A program made the translations under genes and the position numbers. A stretch of DNA of 43,639 nucleotides from a virus. Taxonomy: Duplodnaviria; Heunggongvirae; Uroviricota; Caudoviricetes. Location of the stretch: the IMG/VR virus record IMGVR_UViG_2617270952_000006, one strand, 5' to 3'. Position 1 is the first letter of the stretch, and every line of letters starts with the position of its first letter. The notes below the pieces were generated by a model that saw nothing but the letters and a program-made list of their open reading frames with translations, had not been told where the DNA came from and ran no database searches. Positions 28,244 to 36,562 of the stretch are shown piece by piece.

Positions 28244-28867
28244 CTAACGTGTGACCGCATTCAAAATGTTGTCTGCGATTGACTCTTCTTTGTGGCATTG
28301 CACCACCAGAGCGTCATACAGCGGCTTAACAGTGCGTGACCAGGTGGGTTGGGTAAGGTTTGGGATTAGCATCGTTACAGCGCGATATGCGGCGCTTGCT
28401 GGCATCCTTGAATAGCCGACGCCTTTGCATCTTCCGCACTCTTTCTCAACAACTCTCCCCCACTGCTCCGTTTTGGCTATATCAACCGCACGGCCTGTAC
28501 CGTGGCAATCTCTGCATCTTGCGCCCGGCGTCGCGGCACTACGGCAATAATCCGCATAAGCGAATGTTGCGAGCACTTGCAGTACCTTTGCCTTAGTATT
28601 TCCTTCAAGCTTTGCCACACCACGGTATTTCCCCGATACCTTGTGTGCAAATTGCATCAGATAGTTGATAGCCTTTTGTTTGTCGTTCTGGCTGAGTTCA
28701 TGCTTACCGCAGAATGCAGCCATTCCGAATCCGGCTTGTGATTGCGCCATCCCCATAGCAGCCATCACATCAGTACCGGAAAGAGAGTCAGAAGCCGTAG
28801 CCCGTGGTGAGTCGCTCATCATCGGGCTTTTTGGCGAATGAAATTTAGCTACGCTTTCGAGTCTCAT
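28244..28867 (-). CDS. Q: Late antiterminator Q (lambda type)
   Basis: 207 aa MRLESVAKFHSPKSPMMSDSPRATASDSLSG... matches lambda Q almost residue for residue from memory. Confidence 0.95.
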   Translation of the reverse strand: MRLESVAKFHSPKSPMMSDSPRATASDSLSGTDVMAAMGMAQSQAGFGMAAFCGKHELSQNDKQKAINYLMQFAHKVSGKYRGVAKLEGNTKAKVLQVLATFAYADYCRSAATPGARCRDCHGTGRAVDIAKTEQWGRVVEKECGRCKGVGYSRMPASAAYRAVTMLIPNLTQPTWSRTVKPLYDALVVQCHKEESIADNILNAVTR

Positions 28868-29052
28868 CGTCTTCCTCTCTTGCCCTGTTTGACCATCAGG
28901 ACGCCGTTAACTATTACGTGACGTTCGCCTTTGCTGTCTCGGTTGTACTTGAGCACCGTTCCTCTTGCGCAGGAAAGCATCCTCGCCACTTCGGTCTGAT
29001 TGCCTCGTGTCTGGATAAGAAGCTCTGGTATCGTTTGAATTGTGGCGTTCAT
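28864..29052 (-). CDS. ninH: NinH-like protein
   Basis: TIPELLIQTRGNQTEVARMLSCARGTVLKY resembles lambda NinH TIPDMLVEAYGNQTEVARRLKCSRGTVRKY. Confidence 0.8.
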   Translation of the reverse strand: MNATIQTIPELLIQTRGNQTEVARMLSCARGTVLKYNRDSKGERHVIVNGVLMVKQGKRGRR

Positions 29053-29411
29053 ACGTTCTCCAGTTCGGTGATTTTTATTCCAAGCCTTCCGCCTGGTACT
29101 TTCACGCCACGAATTACGCGAATGTCATCGAATTGCTCGTCGTCTTCCGCAAATCCGGCGTGGATAAGGGAGTCGAGTAAACCTTTAAGAATGTTGTCGA
29201 GGTCGCGGCGGCGGGAGTCTGGAACGTCTGCGATGACTTTGATTCGTAGTCGTGATTTGGTGAAAATGTCTAACTTGAGTTGGCGGATGATTTGCTGAAC
29301 GTCTTTTCGGTATTTCTGGCCTTTATCGCTGATGTAGTATTGGCTTCCCCGTCTTCGCCAGTAGGTGTTCACCGACGGCGGGTATGGAAGCACAAACTGA
29401 TATTCGTTCAT
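29049..29411 (-). CDS. rusA: Holliday junction resolvase RusA
   Basis: 120 aa; PPSVNTYW ... RRRDLDNILKGLLDSL ... GGRLGIKITE collinear with RusA. Confidence 0.9.
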   Translation of the reverse strand: MNEYQFVLPYPPSVNTYWRRRGSQYYISDKGQKYRKDVQQIIRQLKLDIFTKSRLRIKVIADVPDSRRRDLDNILKGLLDSLIHAGFAEDDEQFDDIRVIRGVKVPGGRLGIKITELENV

Positions 29412-29698
29412 GACTTAATCTTCCCCTCCTTCAGCAGTATCGCCTGCGTCCTGATCACGCCTTCGAGGTGGTAAAGTCTGGCGTCTTTGTTGTCGAGATT
29501 ATAGGTGCGTCGGTCGATTTCATCGTGACACGCGCTACAAGCCCATGCGCCGATCAGGTCGTCAGGCTTCATTCCCGTTCCGCAAATTCCAGCCATCCGG
29601 TAATGTGCCAGAACTGTAGTTTCAGGATTGCCATTGCATACGCCGTAAATACGTACCTGGCATTCTCTGCCGCGTGCTTCTTTGCGTAGATTAGCCAT
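29408..29698 (-). CDS. YbcO-like (DUF1364) protein
   Basis: 96 aa; LRKEARGRECQVRIYGVCNGNPETTVLAH...ACSACHDEIDRR resembles DLP12 YbcO, which also precedes rusA. Confidence 0.8.
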   Translation of the reverse strand: MANLRKEARGRECQVRIYGVCNGNPETTVLAHYRMAGICGTGMKPDDLIGAWACSACHDEIDRRTYNLDNKDARLYHLEGVIRTQAILLKEGKIKS

Positions 29699-30420
29699 TA
29701 AGCAGCCTCCCCTGTTACTTTCAGCATTCCGTTATCGAGCAGCTTTCTGGTCAGCCACTGTTGACCACGCCCGGTGATTTTTGTGGTGAACGATATCTGT
29801 ATCCCGTGATTTGTGTTGACCGCTGTTTCTTTCACTGTGAAATAGCCGCGATCCATATATTCCTGCATTGGCACATTGCGCCGGGAACCTGAAGCAATAA
29901 GGATTTTGTGATCGCGCATCCACGCAAACAGTTTGTTTGGACCAATTCCAACAACCTTTGCAAAGTTTCCAATCAAAATTCCGCTGGCCTCGCCAACGCG
30001 ATCGGCAAACTCAACTTTAGGTGCGGCAATTGCGAGCTGGTTTTCCAGTTGCATTTTCTTCTCGGCAAGATCAGCAGCAAGGCGCAACGCTTCCGGTAGC
30101 GTTTTGGGGATATTAACCGCAGCTTCTTCAAGCTCTCGCCAGCGGTCAACAAGGCGAGCGGTGAATTCCGGCGACAACTGGGCAACAACAACAATACTAT
30201 CTCGCTTACCTTGTTCGCCTTCGAAGACGTAATGCTCGTACTGAACATTGAACCCTAAGTTATTGATTCTTTCGGAAACCTCAATTTGAGGAAGCCGGAT
30301 AACACCATTTTTAGCCAGCGTTTCGATGGTACGTTTCACATTGTCATGACGCTTACCAACCAACTCAGCGATTTCAATGCTTGTCATTTTTATGGCATTG
30401 CCATTTATTAACTCATTCAT
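29698..30420 (-). CDS. Roi-like DNA-binding protein (N-terminal Rha domain, C-terminal KilAC/ANT domain)
   Basis: MTSIEIAELVGKRHDNVKRTIETL (pRha) and FADRVGEASGILIGNFAKVVGIGPNKLFAWMRDHKIL (KilAC). Confidence 0.8.
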   Translation of the reverse strand: MNELINGNAIKMTSIEIAELVGKRHDNVKRTIETLAKNGVIRLPQIEVSERINNLGFNVQYEHYVFEGEQGKRDSIVVVAQLSPEFTARLVDRWRELEEAAVNIPKTLPEALRLAADLAEKKMQLENQLAIAAPKVEFADRVGEASGILIGNFAKVVGIGPNKLFAWMRDHKILIASGSRRNVPMQEYMDRGYFTVKETAVNTNHGIQISFTTKITGRGQQWLTRKLLDNGMLKVTGEAA

Positions 30421-30589
30421 CGTCTTCTTCCTCGTACATTGAGCTATTCGGATCGCTCATCAGTTCTGCGCAGCAGTGCTCACACACGTGAACTTCCAGC
30501 ACATGCAGCTTCTTACCGCAGTTAGCGCACGTTAAAGCTCGCTCGACGCTTTCTTTCTGGTATTGGAGGGATTGGGATGGGCTAAGCAT
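30413..30589 (-). CDS. ninF: NinF (58 aa; below the ORF-track cutoff)
   Basis: Hand translation MLSPSQSLQYQKESVERALTCANCGKKLHVLEVHVCEHCCAELMSDPNSSMYEEEDDE matches lambda NinF. Confidence 0.88.
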   Translation of the reverse strand: MLSPSQSLQYQKESVERALTCANCGKKLHVLEVHVCEHCCAELMSDPNSSMYEEEDDE

Positions 30590-30935
30590 TATTGGCGTCC
30601 TGCATCATGAGAAAGACAATCATGGCGGCGCGGAGGGAATTTTCATGTATAGCTCGCTTAGATTTACAGTCGGCCACACCACGTGCACCCCACTCGTCTT
30701 CATCGAGATTGATAATGCTAATCCTGTACTTCTCAATAATCGGCCATGAGGCGCTAGGATCATTGCAGTAGTCAGGTAAAGGGTTTAATGGCTCAAAAGT
30801 TGTATCAGCATTTCCGTAATACCATTTGTTGGTGTTATTCCCTGATGTTTCCGGTTTACATGCCCAAAGGCCTTTAAAAATTATGTCTCCTACCATTCTG
30901 TTAATTTCAAAATCACTTAACTGTGAATAATCCAT
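30582..30935 (-). CDS. ninX: NinX-like (DUF2591) protein
   Basis: MDYSQLSDFEINRMVGDIIF... typical NinX start; SD gagg 8 nt before ATG 30935. Confidence 0.7.
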   Translation of the reverse strand: MDYSQLSDFEINRMVGDIIFKGLWACKPETSGNNTNKWYYGNADTTFEPLNPLPDYCNDPSASWPIIEKYRISIINLDEDEWGARGVADCKSKRAIHENSLRAAMIVFLMMQDANNA

Positions 30936-30937
30936 TG

Positions 30938-31114
30938 TCATTTCCTCGCACGATATCTTAGCCACCGGATATCCCACAGGTGAGCTGTGTAATTGAAGGT
31001 TTTTACGTCAGATTCTTTTGGGATTGGCTTGCGTTTATTTCTGGAGCGTTTCGTTGGAAGGTATTTGCAGTTTTCGCAGATGATGTCGGTGAAACTTCGT
31101 CGCTGTCGCCTCAT
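30938..31114 (-). CDS. ninE: NinE
   Basis: [53 protein letters not shown] matches lambda NinE; ATGA overlap with the upstream gene. Confidence 0.88.
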   Translation of the reverse strand: MRRQRRSFTDIICENCKYLPTKRSRNKRKPIPKESDVKTFNYTAHLWDIRWLRYRARK

Positions 31115-31638
31115 GCCGCCCTCCTGACGCCCTGCCCGATCGCCATCAATGCCGCTTTGGATACGGTAGTAAACATCCGTCGAGGACTGATGAACGGTCG
31201 CCAAATCAGCAGCATGGAGCCTTTGCTGTTTCCCTTCTTCTCCAGCCCTGTCGATGGTTCGATAAAATTAATCCGTCCATCAGTGATAATGCGAACTTCG
31301 TCGACACTCTCCAGAGCCTTGCTGAACCATCCGACTGACATATCCTCTGGCACAAGCATAACTACCGTCTGTCGCTGTTGTATGCACTGCTCAGCGGCTT
31401 TTTCCACCCACGGCCTGATATTGCTGTACGGTGGGTTATTCCAGATTGCACCGTGGCTTACCCACTCAGAATTGAGCGCGTCGTCGGCCTCAGTTAGCCA
31501 GTGAGCACACAGAGCATTTTTGTCGCTCGCTGCCGAATCCAGCCAGAATCCAAACTCAATATCCAGTGCATCAAAAAGCCAAAGCGGCGTTTGCCAGCAG
31601 TCCTTGTCGTGTGCTGGCGTATTTGATTTGATAGTCAT
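31111..31638 (-). CDS. Phage N6-adenine DNA methyltransferase (Dam-like, orphan)
   Basis: 175 aa from [23 protein letters not shown]; catalytic NPPY motif (IWNNPPYS); no cognate nuclease nearby. Confidence 0.85.
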   Translation of the reverse strand: MTIKSNTPAHDKDCWQTPLWLFDALDIEFGFWLDSAASDKNALCAHWLTEADDALNSEWVSHGAIWNNPPYSNIRPWVEKAAEQCIQQRQTVVMLVPEDMSVGWFSKALESVDEVRIITDGRINFIEPSTGLEKKGNSKGSMLLIWRPFISPRRMFTTVSKAALMAIGQGVRRAA

Positions 31639-32075
31639 GCTGCCCGATCTCCCCATCGCGCTTTCCATTCGAGAGCCAGTCGCGCTTCGTCTGACCACTT
31701 AACGCCACGCTCTGTACCGAATGCCTGTATAAGCTCTAATAGCTCCGCAAATTCGCTTACACGCATCCTGCTGGTTGACTGGCCTATTACCACAAAGCCA
31801 TTCCCGGCAAGGTTAGGAACAACATCCTGCTGCTTTAATGCTGCGGTAAACACACACTTCCAGCTTTCTGCATCCAGCCAGCGACCATGCCATTCAACCT
31901 GACGCGAAACGTCACCAAGGCAAGCCCAAAGCTTTCGATTCTGGTCTAAGCTGCGGTTGCGTTCCTGAATGGTTACTACGATTGGTTTGGTTGGGTCTGG
32001 AAGGATTTGCTGTACTGCGTGAATAGCGTTTTGCTGATGTGCTGGAGATCGAATTTCAAAGGTTAGTTTTTTCAT
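31635..32075 (-). CDS. ninB: NinB (Orf recombination mediator)
   Basis: MKKLTFEIRSPAHQQNAIHAVQQILPDPTKPIVVTIQERNRSLDQNRKLWA... matches lambda NinB. Confidence 0.93.
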   Translation of the reverse strand: MKKLTFEIRSPAHQQNAIHAVQQILPDPTKPIVVTIQERNRSLDQNRKLWACLGDVSRQVEWHGRWLDAESWKCVFTAALKQQDVVPNLAGNGFVVIGQSTSRMRVSEFAELLELIQAFGTERGVKWSDEARLALEWKARWGDRAA

Positions 32076-32093
32076 GACTTCCCTCTCCCCCAA

Positions 32094-32123
32094 ATAAAAA
32101 GGCCTGCGATTACCAGCAGGCCT
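32094..32123 (-). terminator. tR2-type intrinsic terminator upstream of the nin region
   Basis: Minus strand aggcctgc-tggtaatc-gcaggcct followed by ttttattt; same hairpin as lambda tR2 from memory. Confidence 0.85.
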
Positions 32124-32148
32124 GTTACAAGCTCAGTGATGTAGATGG

Positions 32149-33525
32149 TCATACGTCCGCCCCTTGTGCATATCGTCTGCCACGCGCAGCAGGTGCATTT
32201 GATGCTGTGCAAATCTGTCTGGCTTCATCCTGGTCACATGCAACAAAGTGTCCGTTGCAGAACCGCTGGTAAACCGTACCAAGCGAGCCAAAACGGTTTT
32301 TCGTCACGATGATTTCAGCAAATGGCGCGGCGCTACTGTTCTCGTCATATACCGCTTCCCGATAGAGCATGATGATTGAGTCTGCGTCCTGCTCAATGCT
32401 TCCTGAATCACGCAAATCTGCGTTTGTCGGGCGTTTGTTTGGTCGCTTCTCAACATCGCGCGAAAGCTGACTTAGGGAGATAACAGGCGTTTTCAAGTCT
32501 TTCGCCATCGCCTTCAGGCTTCCTGAGATGTGAGCAATTGCGAGGTCGTTGCGGTCTGCTTTCGGCTTCTCAATCAGGCCAAGATAATCCGCCATGATGA
32601 GTGAGAGGTTTGGATTTTCCTGTTTGTGCCGTTCTGCGATTGAGCGTATTTCTTCGACCGATAACCGCGAGGCATCGACTACCCATACATCCAAATCTGC
32701 AAGCTGACTCATGCCGTTAGCAACACGTGCCCAGCCCTCGTCATCCATTGATGCAGGATTTCGCAGTACGCTAACCGACATCCTCCCGGCGTTGGCAATG
32801 CTTCGCTCTGCAATCTGCAATGCGCTCATTTCCATTGAGAAAATCAATACTCCGCGCCGGACGTCAGAACCAGGAATAACGCGGCTTGCAACGCCTTCGG
32901 CAATCTTCAGCGCCAGTTCGGTTTTCCCCATACCAGGACGAGCAGCGATTATCACCAGGTCTTCCGCGTTCATCCCTCCGGTGATGGCATCAAGTTCTTC
33001 GATTCCGGTCTTCAGGGTATCTGACTCTTCTCCGTTCCTCAGACGCCTGTCAAGCGTGTCGGTGTAGTCAGTGATGATTTCCCCTAAGCGTACCGGTTTA
33101 ACCTCGTCACGGGGCTTTCTGATGGCTGAGAGACGCTTTACAAGTTCATCCATCGCCTGACTCGATGCGTCGATGGTTCCGCTCTGAATTGGTTCACGCA
33201 TTTCATCCATGATTTCCAGCACCAGACGGCGGTGATAGTTATCCGCGACCATTCCGGCATATCCCTTCAGGTTTGCGGCACTCGGGCAGTTTTTGCTGGT
33301 CATCAGGATTGACGTGAAATGCTCCTCTCCGCACGCCTCGGCAACCATCAGCGCATCGATTAGGTTTCTGTTTCTCGCCTGCTTGCGGATAACCTCGAAG
33401 GCTTTCCGGTAGAGTGGAATTGAAAACGCTTCCGGATCCAGCGTTGCCAGAACGTCGCTGGCGGTTGGTGTTAATCCACCAATCAGCAGGCCACCGATAA
33501 CGCTCGCTTCGATATCCTGTCTCAT
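32149..33525 (-). CDS. Replicative DNA helicase, DnaB family (P22 gp12 type)
   Basis: 458 aa; Walker A ARPGMGKT, DnaB C-terminal motifs SLSQLSR, IEQDAD. Confidence 0.92.
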   Translation of the reverse strand: MRQDIEASVIGGLLIGGLTPTASDVLATLDPEAFSIPLYRKAFEVIRKQARNRNLIDALMVAEACGEEHFTSILMTSKNCPSAANLKGYAGMVADNYHRRLVLEIMDEMREPIQSGTIDASSQAMDELVKRLSAIRKPRDEVKPVRLGEIITDYTDTLDRRLRNGEESDTLKTGIEELDAITGGMNAEDLVIIAARPGMGKTELALKIAEGVASRVIPGSDVRRGVLIFSMEMSALQIAERSIANAGRMSVSVLRNPASMDDEGWARVANGMSQLADLDVWVVDASRLSVEEIRSIAERHKQENPNLSLIMADYLGLIEKPKADRNDLAIAHISGSLKAMAKDLKTPVISLSQLSRDVEKRPNKRPTNADLRDSGSIEQDADSIIMLYREAVYDENSSAAPFAEIIVTKNRFGSLGTVYQRFCNGHFVACDQDEARQICTASNAPAARGRRYAQGADV

Positions 33526-34469
33526 GCAATCCCCCTGTCTGCAAACTTCCCTTCCCGAACTCCCGTTAACGAGTCTTCCCTCAGCAGGTAATCAAAATCT
33601 GCCGTCCAGCCCGTGTCGTTGTCTCCGAAGTAAAACGGCTTGGCCTGATGCACAAACGCCCTGACATACGCTCTGAAACCGTCCACGTTTGGCGTTTTCA
33701 GTTGCGGAATGATTTTCTTCAGGCGGCGTTTGCGTTTCTCGTTGACCGCAACAGCGTGTGGCAGTCTGTCACCGACTTCGGTGTTGTAGGCGTTCAGGAA
33801 GGATTCGTAGTCGATTCGTTCTGCCTTGCGACGTTCAGGTTTAACCTGCCCATCGCCTCCCCCATTGGGGGGTAGGGGGGTATTATTTATATTCTTGTTA
33901 ATACCTTCTTGTTCATGATGTGCGGTTGTTTGTGCGGCTTCATGTGCGCTTTCATGTGCGGCATGTGCGCTGAAAGCCGCGCCATTACTGGCTTCTCCAT
34001 GTGCGGCATCATGTGCGGTTGTTTGTGCGGCTTCATGTGCGGGTAAATTGTCCATTTTTTGAGCATATTCATGGTAATTTGTGATGGTTATCACACGACC
34101 TTTTTGCTTCTCTCCATCAATGGAGATCATCCCCTCTTTCACAAAAACCTGAAGCATCCGCTCAACCTGATCACGGCTTGCTGGCTTGCCATGTCTGTCG
34201 CATAACTGAAGACCTAAATCAGCTGCTGTCACAACCAGTTGACCGGGTTGCAGATGCCATTCATGACCTTTGAAATTCGCTTTGTATGGCTTTCTGGCGG
34301 CATTCAGGAGAAGGTTTTCCCACAGGGTGCGAAGATAAACATCTTTCGCCCATGACTGTTTCAGAATGCTCCGGTACAACGGAATGTAACCAGTTTTCTG
34401 GTTCTCCATCCTGTTGCTCCTGCGCTCGTGTGCGGCGCTGAAATCGTAGATTTTTGCTGTATTGCTCAT
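33522..34469 (-). CDS. Replication initiator (O-like / P22 gp18 type) containing the putative origin
   Basis: 315 aa; N terminus [10 protein letters not shown] resembles lambda O MTNTAKILNF; internal His/Ala repeat encoded by iterons; stop overlaps the helicase start. Confidence 0.85.
   Translation of the reverse strand: MSNTAKIYDFSAAHERRSNRMENQKTGYIPLYRSILKQSWAKDVYLRTLWENLLLNAARKPYKANFKGHEWHLQPGQLVVTAADLGLQLCDRHGKPASRDQVERMLQVFVKEGMISIDGEKQKGRVITITNYHEYAQKMDNLPAHEAAQTTAHDAAHGEASNGAAFSAHAAHESAHEAAQTTAHHEQEGINKNINNTPLPPNGGGDGQVKPERRKAERIDYESFLNAYNTEVGDRLPHAVAVNEKRKRRLKKIIPQLKTPNVDGFRAYVRAFVHQAKPFYFGDNDTGWTADFDYLLREDSLTGVREGKFADRGIA
33881..34045. repeat. Putative ori: iteron array plus adjacent AT-rich tract inside the initiator gene
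   Basis: Nine copies of (c/t)(a/t)tgtgcg(g/c). A perfect 31-bp direct repeat atgtgcggttgtttgtgcggcttcatgtgcg occurs at 33918-33948 and 34011-34041. AT-rich tattatttatattcttgttaata at 33881-33903. Confidence 0.65.
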
Positions 34470-34471
34470 AA

Positions 34472-34744
34472 CTACCTGCCTTGACGAAAGACCTTAAGAA
34501 CATCGTTAAACTGACTTACGGATATGTCTTCTTTGAGAAGCTTTTCCAGAAATGCGTTTGGAATGAACGTATATCCCTCCTCTTTTGGTAGAGACGGGAG
34601 CAACGCCCTCGCCTCAGCCTTCAGAAGCTCAGTTCTGGCAACTTTCACAAAAGAGATTTGAGTTCTTTCATCAATGGAACGAAGGAAGCGCAAACGCTTA
34701 GCTTCTTTGTGTGTATCAGGTGGATTAAAGCCTTTGTTTCGCAT
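34472..34744 (-). CDS. Hypothetical 90-aa protein between cII and the initiator gene
   Basis: MRNKGFNPPDTHKEAKRLRFLRS...; SD gaggt 7 nt upstream; stop 2 nt before the initiator ATG. Confidence 0.6.
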   Translation of the reverse strand: MRNKGFNPPDTHKEAKRLRFLRSIDERTQISFVKVARTELLKAEARALLPSLPKEEGYTFIPNAFLEKLLKEDISVSQFNDVLKVFRQGR

Positions 34745-34756
34745 ATAATTACCTCG

Positions 34757-34823
34757 TTGGATGTTATTAAAATTCCATTTGTATTTGATCAGAACGCTCG
34801 GTTGCCGCCGGGCGTTTTTTATT
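34757..34823 (+). ncRNA. oop: oop-like antisense RNA overlapping the 3' end of cII
   Basis: 3' half tcagaacgctcggttgccgccgggcgttttttatt matches the lambda oop terminator. A perfect TATAAT at 34744-34749 sits at a suitable distance. The 5' end is an estimate. Confidence 0.55.
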
Positions 34824-35060
34824 GGTGAGAATCGAAGCAACTTGTCGTGCCAATCGAGCCATGTCGTCGTCGACGACACCCCATTCAAGAACAGCAAGCA
34901 GCATTGAGAACTTTGGAATCCAATCCCTCTTCCACCTGCTGATCTGCGACTTATCAACTCCCACAGCTTCCGCTGTCTTCTCAGTTCCAAGCATTGCGAT
35001 TTTGTTAAGCAACGCACTCTCGATTCGTAGAGCCTCGTTGCGTTTGTTTGCACGAACCAT
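34767..35060 (-). CDS. cII: Lysogeny activator CII (lambda type)
   Basis: MVRANKRNEALRIESALLNKIAMLGTEKTAEAVGVDKSQISRWKRDWIPKFSMLLAVLEWGVVDDDMARLARQV... matches lambda CII. Confidence 0.95.
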   Translation of the reverse strand: MVRANKRNEALRIESALLNKIAMLGTEKTAEAVGVDKSQISRWKRDWIPKFSMLLAVLEWGVVDDDMARLARQVASILTNKKRPAATERSDQIQMEF

Positions 35061-35139
35061 ATGTAAGTATTTCCTTAGATAACAATTGATTGAATGTATG
35101 CAAATAAATGCATACACCATAGGTGTGGTTTAATTTGAT

Positions 35140-35171
35140 GCCCTTTTTCAGGGCTGGGATGTGTAAGAGCG
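35140..35171 (-). promoter_or_regulatory. nutR (boxA + boxB), lambda type
   Basis: Minus strand CGCTCTTA-cacatccca-GCCCTGAAAAAGGGC, 8 nt after the cro stop. Confidence 0.9.
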
Positions 35172-35179
35172 GGAATGTC

Positions 35180-35395
35180 TTAAGCGGCTTTGTGTTCCGG
35201 CGGGAACACGTCATCAAGACTGACTTTTGCGCCTAACTTGTTTAGGCACTCAACAAGAGCACGGCATGTTTTAAGGTCTGGGAAGCGACGACCAGATTCC
35301 CAATGTCCGATAGCTCCCTGTGTGCATCCAACTGCCTTAGCAAGTGTTGTTTGAGAGATATTCAGTGACTCTCGATATTTTCGTAGGTTGCTCAT
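35180..35395 (-). CDS. cro: Cro-like HTH repressor (non-lambda specificity)
   Basis: 71 aa from MSNLRKYRESLNISQTTLAKAVGCTQGAIGHWESGRR; SD ggaggg; divergent from cI. Confidence 0.85.
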   Translation of the reverse strand: MSNLRKYRESLNISQTTLAKAVGCTQGAIGHWESGRRFPDLKTCRALVECLNKLGAKVSLDDVFPPEHKAA

Positions 35396-35421
35396 ATGCC
35401 CTCCATAGTAACCATGAAACA

Positions 35422-35450
35422 ATAATACGATATGTACTTTTAGAATGCAA
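35422..35450 (-). promoter_or_regulatory. Candidate PR
   Basis: Minus strand TTGCAT (35450-35445), 17 bp, TATTAT (35427-35422); overlapped by an operator copy. Confidence 0.5.
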
Positions 35451-35497
35451 ACAAAAAATACATCTTGTGCATGGATGGTTTTAGTACAGAGCGTAAT
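35424..35497. promoter_or_regulatory. OR: three copies of a 15-bp operator-like motif A(A/G)TAC-N5-GT...
   Basis: aatacgatatgtact (35424-38), aatacatcttgtgca (35457-71), agtacagagcgtaat (35483-97). The same motif recurs three times at OL. Confidence 0.55.
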
Positions 35498-35506
35498 AAT
35501 AAGGGT

Positions 35507-36166
35507 ATGAAAATGAAATGGTATGAACTGGCTAGATCCAGAATGAAAGAGCTCGGCATAACTCAAGAGAAGTTAGCTGAAGAGCTTGGTATGACGCAGG
35601 GTGGAATTGGTCACTGGTTGCGCGGATCTCGTCATCCATCTCTTGACGAGATTGGTGTGGTGTTTAAATACCTTGGTATTGATAACGTCTCATTCAACCA
35701 CGACGGTACATTTTCACCTGTTGGCGAATACTCATCTGCCCCCGTTAAAAAACAATATGAGTACCCTGTTTTTTCTCATGTTCAGGCCGGGATGTTCTCG
35801 CCTGAGCTTAGAACCTTTACCAAAGGTGATGCGGAGAGATGGGTCAGCACAACCAAAAAAGCCAGTGATTGTGCGTTTTGGCTTGAAGTTGAAGGTAATT
35901 CCATGACCGCGCCAACAGGATCCAAGCCAAGCTTTCCTGACGGGATGTTAATTCTCGTTGACCCTGATCAGGCTGTTGAGCCAGGTGATTTCTGCATAGC
36001 CAGACTTGGTGGTGACGAGTTTACCTTTAAGAAACTGATCAGGGATAGCGGTCAGGTGTTCCTCCAGCCACTAAACCCGCAATATCCAATGATTCCATGC
36101 AATGATAGCTGTTCCGTAGTAGGGAAAGTTATCGCCAGCCAGTGGCCTGAAGAGACATTTAGTTAA
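35507..36166 (+). CDS. cI: CI-type prophage repressor: novel HTH N domain fused to a lambda-CI linker and C-terminal (S24 autopeptidase) domain
   Basis: From [21 protein letters not shown]... to the end it matches lambda CI, with the Ala-Gly cleavage site and Ser/Lys dyad (GNSM, FKKL). The N-terminal 85 aa are different. Start 35507 would be leaderless from the candidate PRM; ATG 35513 is an alternative. Confidence 0.88.
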   Translation: MKMKWYELARSRMKELGITQEKLAEELGMTQGGIGHWLRGSRHPSLDEIGVVFKYLGIDNVSFNHDGTFSPVGEYSSAPVKKQYEYPVFSHVQAGMFSPELRTFTKGDAERWVSTTKKASDCAFWLEVEGNSMTAPTGSKPSFPDGMLILVDPDQAVEPGDFCIARLGGDEFTFKKLIRDSGQVFLQPLNPQYPMIPCNDSCSVVGKVIASQWPEETFS

Positions 36167-36196
36167 CAGCCTCACCACTCTAAAACACACAACAAT

Positions 36197-36226
36197 AACC
36201 CGACCTTAGCGTCGGGTTTTCTTTTT
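36197..36226 (+). terminator. Intrinsic terminator after cI
   Basis: aacccgac-cttagc-gtcgggtt followed by ttctttttcc. Confidence 0.7.
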
Positions 36227-36245
36227 CCAAAATATAAACCCATTA

Positions 36246-36318
36246 AATACAAAGCGTTATAAAAAACTAATTATATTTAGAACATTTTGTATTGACTCGA
36301 TAAAGTACAAATCGTACT
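36246..36318. promoter_or_regulatory. OL: three copies of the same 15-bp operator-like motif
   Basis: aatacaaagcgttat (36246-60), agaacattttgtatt (36279-93), agtacaaatcgtact (36304-18; perfect AGTAC/GTACT inverted repeat in the PL spacer). Confidence 0.55.
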
Positions 36319-36320
36319 AT
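36292..36320 (+). promoter_or_regulatory. PL promoter
   Basis: TTGACT (36292-97), 17 bp, TACTAT (36315-20). The transcript would start at atcagcaggacgcactgacc, which matches the lambda PL leader. Confidence 0.75.
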
Positions 36321-36359
36321 TTAGCCATCAGCAGGACGCACTGACCACCATGAAGGTGA

Positions 36360-36390
36360 TGCTCTTAAAAATTAAGCCCTGAAGAAGGGC
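36360..36390 (+). promoter_or_regulatory. nutL (boxA + boxB), lambda type
   Basis: TGCTCTTAA-aaattaa-GCCCTGAAGAAGGGC; first boxA base is T where I remember C in lambda. Confidence 0.88.
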
Positions 36391-36562
36391 AACCTTCAAA
36401 GCAGAAGGCTTTGGGGTGTGGTGAAGGGTTCATGGATGGGAATATGTCGCACGTAAAGCGGCGAGGCCTGCGGAACTATTGCCGAATTGAAGTCGGCCGA
36501 AGCAGGTCGAAATGGGTCTCCCACCTACCACACCACCAAAGCTAACTGACAGGAGAATCCAG

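Noticed and set aside
33915-34045. Short direct repeats considered as a possible CRISPR or minisatellite
   Set aside because: The repeats are 9-31 bp, in frame inside the initiator gene, without spacer structure or cas genes. An iteron origin is the better explanation.
34745-35053. 5' two-thirds of the 193-aa ORF overlapping cII in another frame
   Set aside because: cII is unambiguous. Only the part downstream of ATG 34744, with its own SD, is plausible.
35396-35566. Upstream extension of the cro ORF across the operator region and into cI
   Set aside because: It would overlap OR and the cI start. A strong SD precedes ATG 35395, and the HTH protein of 71 aa is complete.
36167-36562. Gap between cI and N checked for rex or sieB-type exclusion genes
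   Set aside because: There is no ORF of useful length. The region is filled by the cI terminator, OL/PL, nutL and the N leader.
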